From Eremomyces bilateralis CBS 781.70 (taxonomy: Eukaryota), in the NCBI GenBank assembly GCA_010015585.1, contig ML975163.1: DNA of 64,000 nt; one strand, given 5' to 3'. How positions within the stretch are numbered: position 1 is the stretch's first letter; every line of letters starts with the position of its first letter. The notes below the pieces were generated by a model. The model saw only the letters and a list, made by a program, of their open reading frames with translations. It made no database searches and had not been told where the DNA came from. Positions 12,469 to 24,658 of the stretch are shown here, piece after piece. A program made the position numbers and the translations under genes.

Positions 12469-13014
12469 ATGCCGACCCAAATGCCAACCAACCGCCCCTT
12501 CTTCTCCCACTTCTTCGCCGCCTTCCGCGCTCAATCCGCCTACCAAACCGCCAAACCCACCACCGGCACCAATACCTCGACGTCTACATCCGCCACTGCA
12601 CAATCGACATACGCAACGCACACCGCCAGCACCACGAACTCCCACTCCGAACCCACCCCCCCAACCAACCCCCACCACCGCAAATCCCCCACCAACCTCC
12701 CCACCTCCCCCTCGTCCCCCCACGGCGCCACCACCGTCGCCGTCCAAGCCGCCGCCTCGGGCCCCGCCTTCCCACCGTCGCGCCACTCCCCATCCGCGCG
12801 ATCACCGCCGCCGCCGTTCTCCTACCCGCTCAACAGCAGTCGGCAGCGGCGGGGGAGCGATTCGAGCTCGGAGGGGTTCAAGGAGGTGGCCGGGGCGGAG
12901 AAATGGTATGTCGGTGGACGGACGGCGGGGGGGGATGAGCGGTTTTATAAGCTGAGCATGGTGAAGAGGCCGAGGAGTTTGGATCGGATGAGCTTGGATC
13001 GGATGAGTTTGTAG
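12469..13014 (+). CDS. Small conserved fungal hypothetical protein (low-complexity middle, ordered termini)
   Basis: ATG 12469 in GCCATG context; N-terminal PFFSHFFAAFRA and C-terminal RRGSDSSSEGF..EKWYVGGRTAGGDERFYKL..RSLDRMSLDRMSL; strong codon bias. Confidence 0.8.
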   Translation: MPTQMPTNRPFFSHFFAAFRAQSAYQTAKPTTGTNTSTSTSATAQSTYATHTASTTNSHSEPTPPTNPHHRKSPTNLPTSPSSPHGATTVAVQAAASGPAFPPSRHSPSARSPPPPFSYPLNSSRQRRGSDSSSEGFKEVAGAEKWYVGGRTAGGDERFYKLSMVKRPRSLDRMSLDRMSL

Positions 13015-14231
13015 GGGATGAGGACGATGCGGTGGTTCTGGGAACGTGGAATGAATTTGGAACGTGAACAGGAATTTATATGAGCATTGATTGGGCGTTT
13101 GATTGGATTACTTGCAAAAGGGACGGGACGGGGTTTTCACGATGGGAATGCATGCTTGGGACTATCATTTGGAGTGTACGGTAGGAAACGCACACCTAGG
13201 ACGGTCATTTGAGACGATGATGTTACGCGTTGGATGAAGGACACGTCAAAGTCGCCGGAGCAGTTTTCTCGCGGTATGAACTGTATAGAACAAAAGCAAT
13301 TCCATTCTTTGCCATCTACATAACACCAACGTATTTGTGTTGTCCTCTTTCTCTATCAACCACTAGTACCCCAGTATCGAGCACACTGCATGATCCACTC
13401 ATCCTAAAGTCCTGCCAGAATGGGGACTCCGCCACACGTGACCCCCATCGACCTCCCTCGGCCCTGGCGGCGATTTACGGTGTTTTGCGGAAAAGACGGC
13501 TTCGTGCAACAACTCAATGCCGTTCAAGCCGAGTTCGCTTTTGTGCTCGTGTTGTCTGATTCGACCATTTCTACAAATAAATTCTGCGTTAGTGTCTGGA
13601 CCAGGGCCAAGGAATGGATGACGACGTGCTCTCCCAACGCTTGCTCAAGAACCGCATCGTGATGTCTTTGGACGGATGGCAATGATGCTCATAGAACTGA
13701 AAGGATAGAGCAGGAAAGCGATGGTTGGAGTACTCGAGTATCATACAAGCGTATCAGTATCAACCTTTTGATTCCAAGTCGCACTTCTACGGTTCTGCGG
13801 GGTCTAGCTTCCAGCAACCGTCGCGGAAACGGGCCCATTTAGTCAAACCTGAAGAATTTAGTTCTTCTCCAACCCCCATCCATTGGGGATGGAATTTTTG
13901 GGGCTAACTACCGTATCTCTGATCCACCAGTGCCTAGTCATCACTATCATTGAACCGACACTGACTCTGAAACCGGTTGAACCTGGAGATTTTCTAGATC
14001 TGTATTCAACGCCTCGCTCGATTTCGGTTAGAACCGTCAATGGGTTTTCATCGTTTCTCCGCTTCCCAATGCTTATTTCTTTAGGTCCTCTTCTATTTCT
14101 TCTTCTATTTCTTTCTTTTAAGATATCGGCATATCTAGTCCTGGCTTGGTCCTGTCTCTACATGAGGTGCCTTGATGATCCATCCCATCAGATATATATT
14201 CTTACATGGGTCCCCATAAATTGCCTGGATT

Positions 14232-16136
14232 ATGTCTTCACCACATCACGAAAAGCAAGATCGTTGCGTGGTGTCCCAAGCACCAGCGGTCCGTGACTTC
14301 AGCAAGGAAGAGAAAGAGCTGGGAATCGGGCCGACATCGATTCCCCTAGACCGATATGTCCTCGAGCATATCCCCAGCGCCGTCAGCGGCCATGACATGC
14401 CGATCGCGGTGCCAACGCTCACCCAAGAAGACGAAGATATCTACCGACGATTCACGCCGGGGAGAAAGCGCCTGATCGTAGCGGTCGTGGCCGTTTGTAG
14501 CTTTTTGGCGCCGATCTCCTCAACCACCGTGCTGTCTGCTGTGCCAGAAGTGGCAGCGACGTATAATACGGATGGGACGATGATTAATTTATCTAATGCC
14601 CTATATTTGATATTCATGGGATTGAGCCCCATTTTTTGGGGGCCGATTGGGACGGTGTATGGAAGGAGACGGGTAGGTAATTCTGGACTGGCTTCAGATC
14701 CCCTTCCGCAACTATCTGCTTTGGGACTGAGAGTAGTTTCTACTGAGGATAACTACGAAATTCTTGTATCTGCGGCCAAAGGCTAACGTATGGAATTATA
14801 TAGGTGTCCATAGTAGCTGTTATATTATTCACGGCATTCTCCATTGGCACAGCTCTGGCACCTAATCTCGCATCATTCTTTGTCTTTCGAAGTCTGACCG
14901 CTTACCAAGGGACCTGCTTCCTAGTTGTGGGATCAAGTGTAATAGGAGATATTTACAAACCTGTAATCTCGACCCCTCCATTCCTTCTGCGAAAGTATTC
15001 TGAACCGCTCTCCAGACTGAGCGAGCTACGGCAATTGGTTGGTTCCTTTCTGGCACACTTATTGGACCTGCACTTGGCCCATTCATCGGCGGTGCCATCG
15101 TCACCTTTCGATCATGGAGAGTCATCTTTTGGCTTCAGACTGCTCTAGGCGGGGCTGCAACGCTTTTAGTAATATTCTTTCTCCCAGAAACTATCATTAA
15201 AACTCGATCGCACGAGTTTGAAGGCTTATCCAAAGTCCAATATGCGCGTGGAATGTGGCATCGGATCAACCCATTCCGTGTTGTCCTGTTATACCGATAT
15301 CCCAACCTCCTCATCACGGTACAGTTGCACTATCCCTACCAGTTTTTGATATATATGTGCTAACCATTCCAGGGTCTCGCCTCCTCCGCACTCCTCTTTA
15401 GTATGTACGGGTTATTGACACCGATCGCCTACGTCATAAACCCCCGCTTCGACCTCACCACCCCTCTCCAATCCGGCCTCTTCTACATCCCCCCGGGCGC
15501 CGGTTATTTCGTAGGGAGCTTTTTCGGCGGCCGGTGGGCTGACTACCAGGTCAAGAAGTGGGTTCGGATCCGTGGCAAACGGGTCCCTGAGGACCGTCTG
15601 CGGAGCTGCATCGTTGCAATGGGTCTGGTCATCCCAGGATGTATGCTGGTCTATGGCTGGTCGATTGAGAAGAGGAAGGGGGGCATCCCATTGCCGGTGA
15701 TCTGCATGTTTATACAGGGTGTGGCGCAGCTATTTTGTTTCCCGAGCTTGAATACATACTGTTTGGATGTGGTCCAGGAGCGAAGTGCGGAGGTCGTCGG
15801 TATGTCCACTCTCCTCTCCCTTTTGCCTTTCCAATTCGCCCCCATCCTACCTCCTCTAGTCATTCAAAACGAGGCTGACATTTGCCCTCACCAGCTGCAA
15901 ACTTTATGCTCCGCTATTTCTTTGCGGCGCTAGGCACGGCGACCTGCCTCCCTAGCATCCAGAAGATCGGTGTCGGCTGGGTATCGACGATCTGCGCCGC
16001 TTTCTTGGTCCTGGTCACTGTTTTGACGCACGCGGTCACGATTTGGGGCCGGCGTTGGCATGACCAGGTCGATGCGAACATAGAAGCGAGGAAGCAGCGA
16101 ACCCAGAGGGCGAGGGAAGGGTTGGAGGGTATGTGA
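14232..16136 (+). CDS. MFS drug:H+ antiporter, DHA1 family (Dtr1/Qdr-like)
   Basis: Exons 14232-14672, 14804-14962, 15016-15318, 15373-15799, 15895-16136; motifs YGRRR, IGDIYKPTERATA, GPALGPFIGG, WRVIFW, LPET, PEDRLR. Confidence 0.92.
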
Positions 16137-17242
16137 AGAACCATTTTGACCGGGAGTTTGGATTTGTACCAAGGAGCATTGTGCGGCGTTTGGGTTGGCA
16201 TTTGGGTCCCACTGAATGTGGGAAAAGCATGTGGATTTGAATACACGAGAATAGAAATGATTAGACATGCCCTGGTTTTCCCAGAATCTTGGAATATTCC
16301 AATTAAAAGGTGCAATTCCGCTCTGTTGATACTTAATATAGATAAAACCAAGCGTATAGAGATGATGAAACCCTAGGCTTGAGTGACGTTGTGATATTCT
16401 GTAATACTGTGTTTTCTGCTCTATCTAGTAGCGAAGTCCCTGGCATCAGTGCCTTTAAATCCTGGCCTTTCCTTATTGATAGAAGCGCGTCATGTACGAA
16501 TGACTAGCAAGTAGAAACTGTAACCTTCAGGGGGTCTAGGCAGCCAACTCCATTCTGGTTTCCACGTGCCAGTTCAGGAAGTGAATGTAAGAAGGAATGT
16601 GAAATATATACCTAATCAATCCAATTTCAATCAAGCAGGAAAGTTCGGAGGTGTGGCGTAGTGGTTATCCCTCGTTTCGCCATCCCGTGTATCAATTGCA
16701 TTGGAAGTACTAACTGAAAAAACCTCGCTACTGAGGACACCAAGTGGCAGGCCCTAATGAAGGCTTGTATACAAAGTTGTATAGAGAGTATAGTTGTGAC
16801 CATAATTCAACCCTTGATCGAAAATCCTTCGACGGCCCTTGGAAATTTGTTCCCCCCTAGAGGATTGTTCGATGAGGATGCGTCATGTTTCTAAGGGGGC
16901 TCTGAGCCCCGATAGTTTTTGCTCTTCTACGTGGTATTCCTATTATTAAATCATAGTAACTTGCTTCGTGATCGCTTTTTTCGTATCCAAGGATAGAGGG
17001 GACGTGAAGTACCAGGGGAGGACAATAAGGGGTCTTGGAGGTCTTCTATGTGGCCAGGAAGTCCTCTATCCCGTCTGTTATTCTGCGGCCAGTATTTCGA
17101 GTCAGAGTAGCGCCATTCTTATTCAGTCTTCAGCAAACCAATTAATTATTCATCACCTGTAAGAGGTATGAGTCAGAAAGATAATAATTCATCTTTGCGG
17201 AGATATACCCAACAAGAGTATAATCTGTAGAGTGAGTACTGC

Positions 17243-20200
17243 TTAACCTATCACCACCTTCTCAATCACCCAGCCTACCCCGGCCTCTCTCCTCTGTACT
17301 ACTCTTCTTGCCGGCAACGGCCACTCATTTCCCCCAGTCTCTCCTTTCAAACTCGGCACAACCCAGCACTCTCTCCTTTCCTTGCCTCCCTCCGCAGGCA
17401 ATCCCACAATATTCCCGATCGGCTTCCCATACTCCAGCAGCGGTGTGCCATCAGCCAATGCAGTCAACTGCACTCCACTCACCGGTGTGAGCGGGTGCAT
17501 CCGTACTTTTGGTATCTTTCCAGGCACTGAGGATGCGGACCGCTGGAGCCGGGAGTAGATAATGTACTGCGGGAGGTTCTTCGCTGCCGTTCGTGCGAGA
17601 ACGGACGACGGGTGTAGATACACGTACTTGGAACTGTCATTTGCATCGGCGCCGTTGGAGGAACCAGCGGAGGAGTCAGTAGAGTGGAGGAGGGTCACGT
17701 ACGGCACGTCGATTGCGCGTTTCGGTCGGCGATGCAGCTCGGGTGGATGAGGACTCAGATCACCACGCTGAGCGACCTGATCAATGTACCCGGCTGCAAC
17801 AATCTGGCGGAGCATTTTAATCTCCTTGTCGGTAGGTTGCGGGATACGGGGGGCATAGCTGCCGATTGCGCCAGGTGATTGAGTGCGCATGATGGAAGTC
17901 AGTTGCTCTCGTAGCATACTGGCTTCTTTAAGCGCTTTAGGTCGAAGGAACATGGATGTTGCCCATGCTTCGGTGTCGGTGGCGTGAGCGGAGGCACACA
18001 AGGCTGTCAGAAGTTTGATGGCGTCGCTGGTGCGATCCCAACGAGAAAGTGTCGCGTGAGAAGCGTTGTAGGATTTACGTAGCTCATCAATCCTATCATC
18101 GTCTTCCTCATCAAACTCATGTTCCTCGTCCCCTAGATTGAGCTGGCTCTGTGGTATAAAGAGCTCGGGCACGGCTAGTGCTGCCACAAGTGCAATGGAC
18201 AGTGCCACAATTTTGTGGTTCTTGCCAAGATACAACATTCGGCCTAGTCGTGGACTTAACGGAAAAGCGGACAACGCCCTTCCAGTAACGGTCACAGCTC
18301 CGTCGGTGGAAAGAGCCCCCAGATATGAAAGCAGCCTTTCTGCCTTCAACAAACTTTTCACGTCTGGGGGAGATGGGAATGGGAAGTCCACGATGCTCTT
18401 CAGCCCTAAGCTTCGAAGTTGTAGCACCACTCCTTCCAATGGCGCATCGATGATTTCGGGATCCTGGAACTCCTTGAAGTCGGCTTCGTATATCGCAGAC
18501 GAGAAGAGTCGATAGCAGTGGCCAGGCCCCGTCCGTCCAGCTCGTCCAGCTCGTTGGGCTGCACTTGCCTTGGATATCCACCCAACCTCAAAGGTTTGGA
18601 TGCCCGTCTCGCGGTCGTACTTTTTGGATTTAGCGCGACCAGTATCGAAAACATAGCGGATGCCGGGAATGGTGATGGAAGTTTCGGCGACATTCGTTGC
18701 CAGAATGATGAGTCGAGAGCCGGGAGGAGGAGAGTCGAAGACTCGAAGTTGTTGCTTCGTGGGGAGCTGAGAATACAGCGGGAGGACATGAACCTTGGAT
18801 AGCTTCTCAAACTCCTTCTCTTCTCCGATGTCGAATTCATCCTCCACCTCGTCTTCGTCTAGACCAGTGATCTCTTCATCCGAGTCCGATTCAGCATCCC
18901 ACTGATTAGACTGCTCGGTGTTCAACGCGATGTCTTCATCCTCAGGCGGCGTCTCTTCAGCAGAGACGGCAACCTTAGCTCCGCTTCCTTGTGCACTAGT
19001 GGAAGGAAAGGCTTGTTTCAGCTGTTTTGCAACCGACCAAATCTCATCCTGTCCCGTCAAGAAGACCAGCATTCCTCCCGGGGGAAGCTTCTCATGCCCT
19101 CGTTTGACCTTCTTGAATACTTCTTCCACATAACCAACCTTAGTCTTCCTTGAGAAATGTACCGATACTGGATGCTGGCGGCCCTCAGCCTTGACGACAG
19201 GAGGCAATGTCTCTCTGAATAGTCTGCTATTCGCAGCGAAGTCCGCAGTTCGAAGCGTAGCGGACATGATAATGAGCTTTAGGGGTTTAACAGACTCATC
19301 CGTCTTTGCCATATCTTTCCGCAGGTTCACAATTCGGCTAAGCATCCCAATGAGGATATCCGTATTGACTCCTCTCTCGTGTGCTTCGTCAATGATGATC
19401 GCGGAATACTTGGCCAGCGAAAAGTCCTGAGAGACTTCTCGAAGTAGCACACCATCGGTCATGAACTTGATCGCCGTGTTCGCAGTCACAGTCCCGTCGA
19501 ATCGAATCTTATATCCAACTCGATGCTTCATATCACCCATCTCTTCGCCAACTCGCTTCGCCATGCTCACGGTAGCGACACGCCTCGGTTGAGTGACGCC
19601 AATAATTCCCGGGGATGGTCCCTTTGGATCTCCATATCCAGCTTCAAACAAGAATTGTGGAACCTGGGTGGTCTTCCCGCTACCCGTCGAGCCCCAGACA
19701 ATAGTGACATCGTGATTATGTACTGCTTCCATGATCTTCTGCTCCTCAGCAACGACGGGAAGCTCAATCCGAGTAGCTTGTATCTCCGGAGTTCGAGATA
19801 CTGGCACCGCGTACGCTTTCCTTGAGCCTCCGGCTATAGTCGCCGTATTCATATCTGCGGGAAGTGGCTCCTGTTCCAGTGGCCGTGGCTGGAAGTTTGC
19901 CGGTTTCGGGACGTGCTCAACTGGTAAACAGGCATCGTTAGGATCAACGGCAGTTGGCGTAAATCCAAGTGCTTGGTTCCGTTGTTGCGTTGCCCAAGAT
20001 AGAAATGCTGATGATCTTGCGCTCTTCTCTTTCTTTGACCCGGCATATACAGCAGGCCCATCTGAGGAATCGCTGTCTTCTGAAACGGAAAATGCGGATT
20101 CCGAGTCGTCTTGAGATTGGTCCGCAGCATTCATGCCCTCTTTAAGGACAGAGATTTCATCGTGGCCGGTCGTCACATCAGCGGATGGTGCATCATCACC

Positions 20201-20827
20201 AGAGCCAAAACCCTCCCACTCTGACCCTTCCTCTTCTTCGAGTTCTCGACGAACGGGCGACCTCTTCCTCCGCTTTCTCTTCTTGATAACCGGCTGCCCT
20301 CCGTCATCAACCTCTAGTGCCCGTTTCAGTCCACCACCGAAACCAGACACGGCCTTAAGGGGAGCAGGAGCTTGCTTAGCAGGTTTTCTGGCACCATCCT
20401 CTTCATCAAATTCCGAATCCTCCTCTTCATCCGATCCACTTTCTGGATTCCACTCTCTGGATTTCCATTCAGCAGCGTTTGCAGCAGTCGATCTGCCAAG
20501 ATCTCCTGTCTTCCAGAGCTCCTTGCCGTCAAGAACCTCATCCCTCTCCCGGTGCAGAGTCTCCAATTTCCCGATGAGATCTCGCACTTCATCCCTCTTC
20601 AATTTCGTTTCCACATACTTCTCCAACCGCTTCTTCTTTTTGCCGCTGATTTTCCCCTGCTGCTGAACATTCAGGCCGGCTCGGATTCGTGCTTTGTCCG
20701 CCTCCCGCTCTGCTTTGCTCTTCGGAATGATCTCAACGGCATTGCTGTCGTTGGACTCGGAAAGATTATTAGTGTCTTTTAGTTTTGCCAGTCTTTTGTG
20801 CTTGCGTTCACGAGTCGGTTTCGGCAT
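17243..20827 (-). CDS. DHR1: DEAH-box RNA helicase Dhr1/Ecm16 (DHX37), SSU biogenesis
   Basis: Intronless 1194 aa ORF; MPKPTRERKHK N-terminus, GSTGSGKTTQVPQFL, DEAHER, MSAT, ATNVAETSITIPGI, QRAGRAGRTGPGHCYRL. Confidence 0.95.
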   Translation of the reverse strand: MPKPTRERKHKRLAKLKDTNNLSESNDSNAVEIIPKSKAEREADKARIRAGLNVQQQGKISGKKKKRLEKYVETKLKRDEVRDLIGKLETLHRERDEVLDGKELWKTGDLGRSTAANAAEWKSREWNPESGSDEEEDSEFDEEDGARKPAKQAPAPLKAVSGFGGGLKRALEVDDGGQPVIKKRKRRKRSPVRRELEEEEGSEWEGFGSGDDAPSADVTTGHDEISVLKEGMNAADQSQDDSESAFSVSEDSDSSDGPAVYAGSKKEKSARSSAFLSWATQQRNQALGFTPTAVDPNDACLPVEHVPKPANFQPRPLEQEPLPADMNTATIAGGSRKAYAVPVSRTPEIQATRIELPVVAEEQKIMEAVHNHDVTIVWGSTGSGKTTQVPQFLFEAGYGDPKGPSPGIIGVTQPRRVATVSMAKRVGEEMGDMKHRVGYKIRFDGTVTANTAIKFMTDGVLLREVSQDFSLAKYSAIIIDEAHERGVNTDILIGMLSRIVNLRKDMAKTDESVKPLKLIIMSATLRTADFAANSRLFRETLPPVVKAEGRQHPVSVHFSRKTKVGYVEEVFKKVKRGHEKLPPGGMLVFLTGQDEIWSVAKQLKQAFPSTSAQGSGAKVAVSAEETPPEDEDIALNTEQSNQWDAESDSDEEITGLDEDEVEDEFDIGEEKEFEKLSKVHVLPLYSQLPTKQQLRVFDSPPPGSRLIILATNVAETSITIPGIRYVFDTGRAKSKKYDRETGIQTFEVGWISKASAAQRAGRAGRTGPGHCYRLFSSAIYEADFKEFQDPEIIDAPLEGVVLQLRSLGLKSIVDFPFPSPPDVKSLLKAERLLSYLGALSTDGAVTVTGRALSAFPLSPRLGRMLYLGKNHKIVALSIALVAALAVPELFIPQSQLNLGDEEHEFDEEDDDRIDELRKSYNASHATLSRWDRTSDAIKLLTALCASAHATDTEAWATSMFLRPKALKEASMLREQLTSIMRTQSPGAIGSYAPRIPQPTDKEIKMLRQIVAAGYIDQVAQRGDLSPHPPELHRRPKRAIDVPYVTLLHSTDSSAGSSNGADANDSSKYVYLHPSSVLARTAAKNLPQYIIYSRLQRSASSVPGKIPKVRMHPLTPVSGVQLTALADGTPLLEYGKPIGNIVGLPAEGGKERRECWVVPSLKGETGGNEWPLPARRVVQRREAGVGWVIEKVVIG

Positions 20828-21097
20828 GGCTGTGTTTGGATTTCTTGATCTTCAGAATGGTCGAGATTTTCATGAGATTTTGAGGTGTAGTCGATATCAC
20901 GTGACCTCCAGAATCTTCAGTAACGATCAGGGGCAAATGACAAATGACAAAAGCACCTGCATCGATGGAGGGTTTATGATTGTTAAATATATAGCACGCA
21001 TGGATTGAAGGATTTCATTTCAAGTCGTGATATACCATGTGCACCATCTAACAGCTAACCGGACCTATGATGGCAGCTTCAGGCCGCAATGTGCCAG

Positions 21098-22393
21098 CTA
21101 ATCCTCCGAACCAACAGCGCCAACTCTCCCTCTCCTCCCCATTGCCTCTCCCAGGCTTAGATCGCCCGCTTTCCTTCTCATACCACTCACAAATCGCCCG
21201 CTTTCTGATCTCATCCGGTCTTCAGCCTCCCTCGTCCTCCGATCCTGGTCCTCAATAGCGATGAGGCGAGCTTTCCGCTGCTGTTCTAGATCATCGGCTG
21301 AAGATTGCATAGCAGCAAGCCTCGCCGCTCGTGCAGCAGCATCATCGGATTCAGCCTTGGCGTTCGATGCGGGCCTCTCAGGTCCGGTTCGGTGGTTGTG
21401 AACCTGGGGACGGGAACGTGATTTGGAGGATTGATCGTGGCGATGTGATCGTTTAGGAGAGACGCTTGGTCGTCGCTCGCGGGAGTGTGAGCGCCTTCGA
21501 CCATATGCCCTGTCATCACGAGACTTGACTGGAGATTCGTATCGTTTCCGAGTCGTTGAGTCATCATGATATCGTTGTGGGCTCCGACTGCGACGCTTCC
21601 CAGGCCTCTCAGCGCGAGAATAGTCATCTCTATCCTCTTCTCTTTCGCGCTTGTGGCGGCGGTGGTCCCGGTAACGTTCTTCTGAATTTGAGCGATCTCG
21701 CCCATTTCTGTGATGTCTTGCACGGTCTTCTGATCGGTCGCGATACTTGTGTTTCCGCTCTCGGTCGTCATCACGGTGTCGCTTTTCGCGCGCATCATCA
21801 TGATATCGCTCTTCTCTGTCCTCCCTCTTCCGATTGTGCCTTCGGTCTCTATCCCGATCACGGTCCCTCACTTTTTCCTGGTCCCCTTTCCCCATGGCTT
21901 TCAACAGCGCACGCCGCTTTATAGGGTCATTCATGATTGACTCATACGTTTGCTGCTCTTGTTTCTTAATAGCCAGCAATGGATCGTCCCTAACCTTCGC
22001 CGCAGTATCCCGCAGCGTATTGGCACTCTGCTGAACCGCCATGAATCCCTCCTGAGCGCCATTCTTCTTCATGTGTTCCGCTGCCTCATCTTTCAATAAG
22101 ACATCCAACCTTCTCTTTCCTAGTAAGAAAGCCTCTTTCTCTTCTGTGACCCCTGTTGAGCCAGCTGCGGGGCCATTGTACATCCATTCTACGCGCTTGG
22201 CTCGATTCGAGCCACCGGCTTGCTCTTGAAGCGCTTGAAGTTCTTCGATCTGACGTTCTTCTTCGCGCTCCTTTTGCAGTTGTTCTATGCGCTTACGTTC
22301 TTCAAGAGCTTTTTGCTGCTCTTTCCAAACACGCTCTTGGTTGGATTTGAGGACGGGGTGCCAGGACTTCTTGAGATTAAGGTCGCCACCCAT
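21098..22393 (-). CDS. CWC25: Pre-mRNA splicing factor Cwc25
   Basis: [14 protein letters not shown]-terminus, [21 protein letters not shown]-rich tail; intronless. Confidence 0.95.
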   Translation of the reverse strand: MGGDLNLKKSWHPVLKSNQERVWKEQQKALEERKRIEQLQKEREEERQIEELQALQEQAGGSNRAKRVEWMYNGPAAGSTGVTEEKEAFLLGKRRLDVLLKDEAAEHMKKNGAQEGFMAVQQSANTLRDTAAKVRDDPLLAIKKQEQQTYESIMNDPIKRRALLKAMGKGDQEKVRDRDRDRDRRHNRKREDREERYHDDAREKRHRDDDRERKHKYRDRSEDRARHHRNGRDRSNSEERYRDHRRHKREREEDRDDYSRAERPGKRRSRSPQRYHDDSTTRKRYESPVKSRDDRAYGRRRSHSRERRPSVSPKRSHRHDQSSKSRSRPQVHNHRTGPERPASNAKAESDDAAARAARLAAMQSSADDLEQQRKARLIAIEDQDRRTREAEDRMRSESGRFVSGMRRKAGDLSLGEAMGRRGRVGAVGSED

Positions 22394-22599
22394 GTTTGAT
22401 GGTCGGGGTTTGGGTTTCGTTCGCTGAGTGTGGAATAAATCTGGTGGGGGATAGACGCAGACTTATATCGTTCGGGTTGTCGCGCTCTGGGCTACTTGAA
22501 GATAGTAGATGTAAAGAAGGAAGGTTTGATCGCGTCGTGTTGTGGACGAGATCATTCCGTATGGCTGGGAGTTCACATAATCACATTCACACAGCGATT

Positions 22600-22653
22600 C
22601 ACGTGACTCACTATTGGTTTTGGTGGCGTGGACCCTGTATCATTGATCACGTG
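22600..22653. promoter_or_regulatory. Two TCACGTG E-boxes in the divergent CWC25/CSN2 promoter
   Basis: CACGTG at 22600 and 22648 in a 477-bp head-to-head gap; similar sites at 20898 (DHR1) and 41192 (RFC4). Confidence 0.5.
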
Positions 22654-22870
22654 CCAAGATATTTTCTGAGTGTTTGATTGGTTGCTTTGCTTCCTCAGTA
22701 ACAGCTCCAACTGCCTGACCTCATTACCACCTCCGGGATATATTGACCTCTCTCATCAACACTGTCGATTATTGATCCACTGAACTGCTCGAATTTGGAG
22801 TTCCAGTTGCTAGCAAGGCACGCCCCTCAGGAATCTGGTCTAAACTTCCTTAGAGCATTCACAAATCACC

Positions 22871-24658
22871 ATGTCGGATGAGGACTTCATGCAAGATTCG
22901 GGGGAGGAGGAGTAGGCTCTCCGATCAGATTCTCTTGACCAAGCTAATACCTTACAGATATGACTTCGAATACGAAGATGACGATGACGAGCAAGGTGGC
23001 GATGTCGGGATCGAGAACAAGTACTACAACGCCAAGCAGATGAAGGTCGATAATCCAGAGGAAGCCATCGATGAGTTTCTTGGAGTCCCGGCCCTGGAGG
23101 AGGAGAAGGGAGACTGGTAATGTTGACATATGATAGCCCCATGGGACTCTGCTGACATTTATTTTGACTAGGGGATTCAAAGGTTTAAAGCAGGCTATCA
23201 AGCTCGAATTCAAGTTGAAGCGATATGCCGCGGTACGGACACGGGACGGACCACAAACGAGGACATATTCTGACAAGTACCAGGCGATCGAGCACTACCA
23301 AGAACTCCTTACCTACGTAAAATCGGCCGTGACAAGAAATTACTCCGAAAAGTCGATCAACAACATGCTTGATTTCATCGAGAAGGCGGCGGAAGACAAA
23401 ACGGCCTACGAATGCATGGAGAAGTTCTACTCACTCACCCTCGAATCATTCCAGAGTACCAACAACGAGAGACTATGGCTGAAGACCAACATTAAGCTTG
23501 CTAGGCTCTGGCTAGATCGCAAGGATTACCTACCACTTACCAGCAAGCTGCGTGAACTTCACAAAGCTTGTCAAAGAGAGGATGGCTCAGACGACCCAAG
23601 TAAGGGGACTTATTCCCTCGAAGTCTATGCCTTGGAAATTCTGATGTATGCCGAAACAAGGAACAACAAGCGGTTGAAGGTGGGTGGTTGCGGCTCGACA
23701 ACGCCTGATTTATCATACTGATCTCTCGTTCAGGCACTGTACCAGCGTGCATTACGCGTCAAGTCTGCCGTGCCCCATCCGAAAATTATGGGCATTATTC
23801 GGGAATGCGGAGGCAAGATGCACATGAGTGAAGGTAAGCGTCGCATGGCTGAAAGCGCCAAAATAGGTTCGATGACTAACCGGACCAGAAAACTGGAACG
23901 AGGCCCAAAGCGATTTCTTTGAAAGCTTCCGGAATTACGATGAGGCTGGCTCCTTGCAGCGGATCCAGGTCCTCAAGTATTTGTTGCTGAGCACAATGCT
24001 AATGGGCAGCAATATCAACCCTTTCGATTCTCAGGAAACCAAGCCATACAGGAACGATCCACGCATCCAATCAATGACCGATCTGGTGGACGCATATCAG
24101 CGAGACGACATGCACGGCTACGAGAAGATCCTTCAAACCAACAAAGATGATCTGCTTGGTGATCCCTTCATCGCCGAGAATATCGATTCGGTGACACGGG
24201 ACATGCGGACAAAGGCAGTCTCCAAGCTAGTGGCGCCATACACGCGATTCACCCTCTCGTTCATTTCTAAGACTCTCAATATTTCACTTTCCGAAGTCCA
24301 AGATATCGTTGCAGTGTTGATAGTCGAGAACAAGCTACGCGGGAAGATCAACCAGCCGGAGGGAACTGTGGAGATCCAGAGCACTGCAGATGCGGATCGG
24401 GTTCAAGCAATGCAGAATTGGACGAGCGCTGTTGAAGGGCTCTGGAACACCGTGCTAAATGAAAGCGACGGTTTCAAGAGCGAAGAATCTTCGTATGGTG
24501 GTACGGGAACGCGAGACAGCCAAGGCTCCCCTTCGAACCAAGCAGCTCTCAAGAGAATGTTTGGTGGAGGTCGTGGTGGCCGGCATGGCCAACAAAGGGG
24601 AGCTTTATCGAGGGGAGGCGGCTTCGGAAAGCTAGGAATCATGGGCCAAGGATCATGA
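22871..24658 (+). CDS. CSN2: COP9 signalosome subunit 2 (CsnB)
   Basis: Exons 22871-22911, 22958-23116, 23172-23232, 23284-23679, 23734-23833, 23889-24658; [55 protein letters not shown] domain. Confidence 0.96.

Noticed and set aside
16430..16905. RNase MRP/P RNA or an intact tRNA
   Set aside because: Only partial CR-I/CR-V-like words; no tRNA anticodon arm, T-arm or acceptor stem
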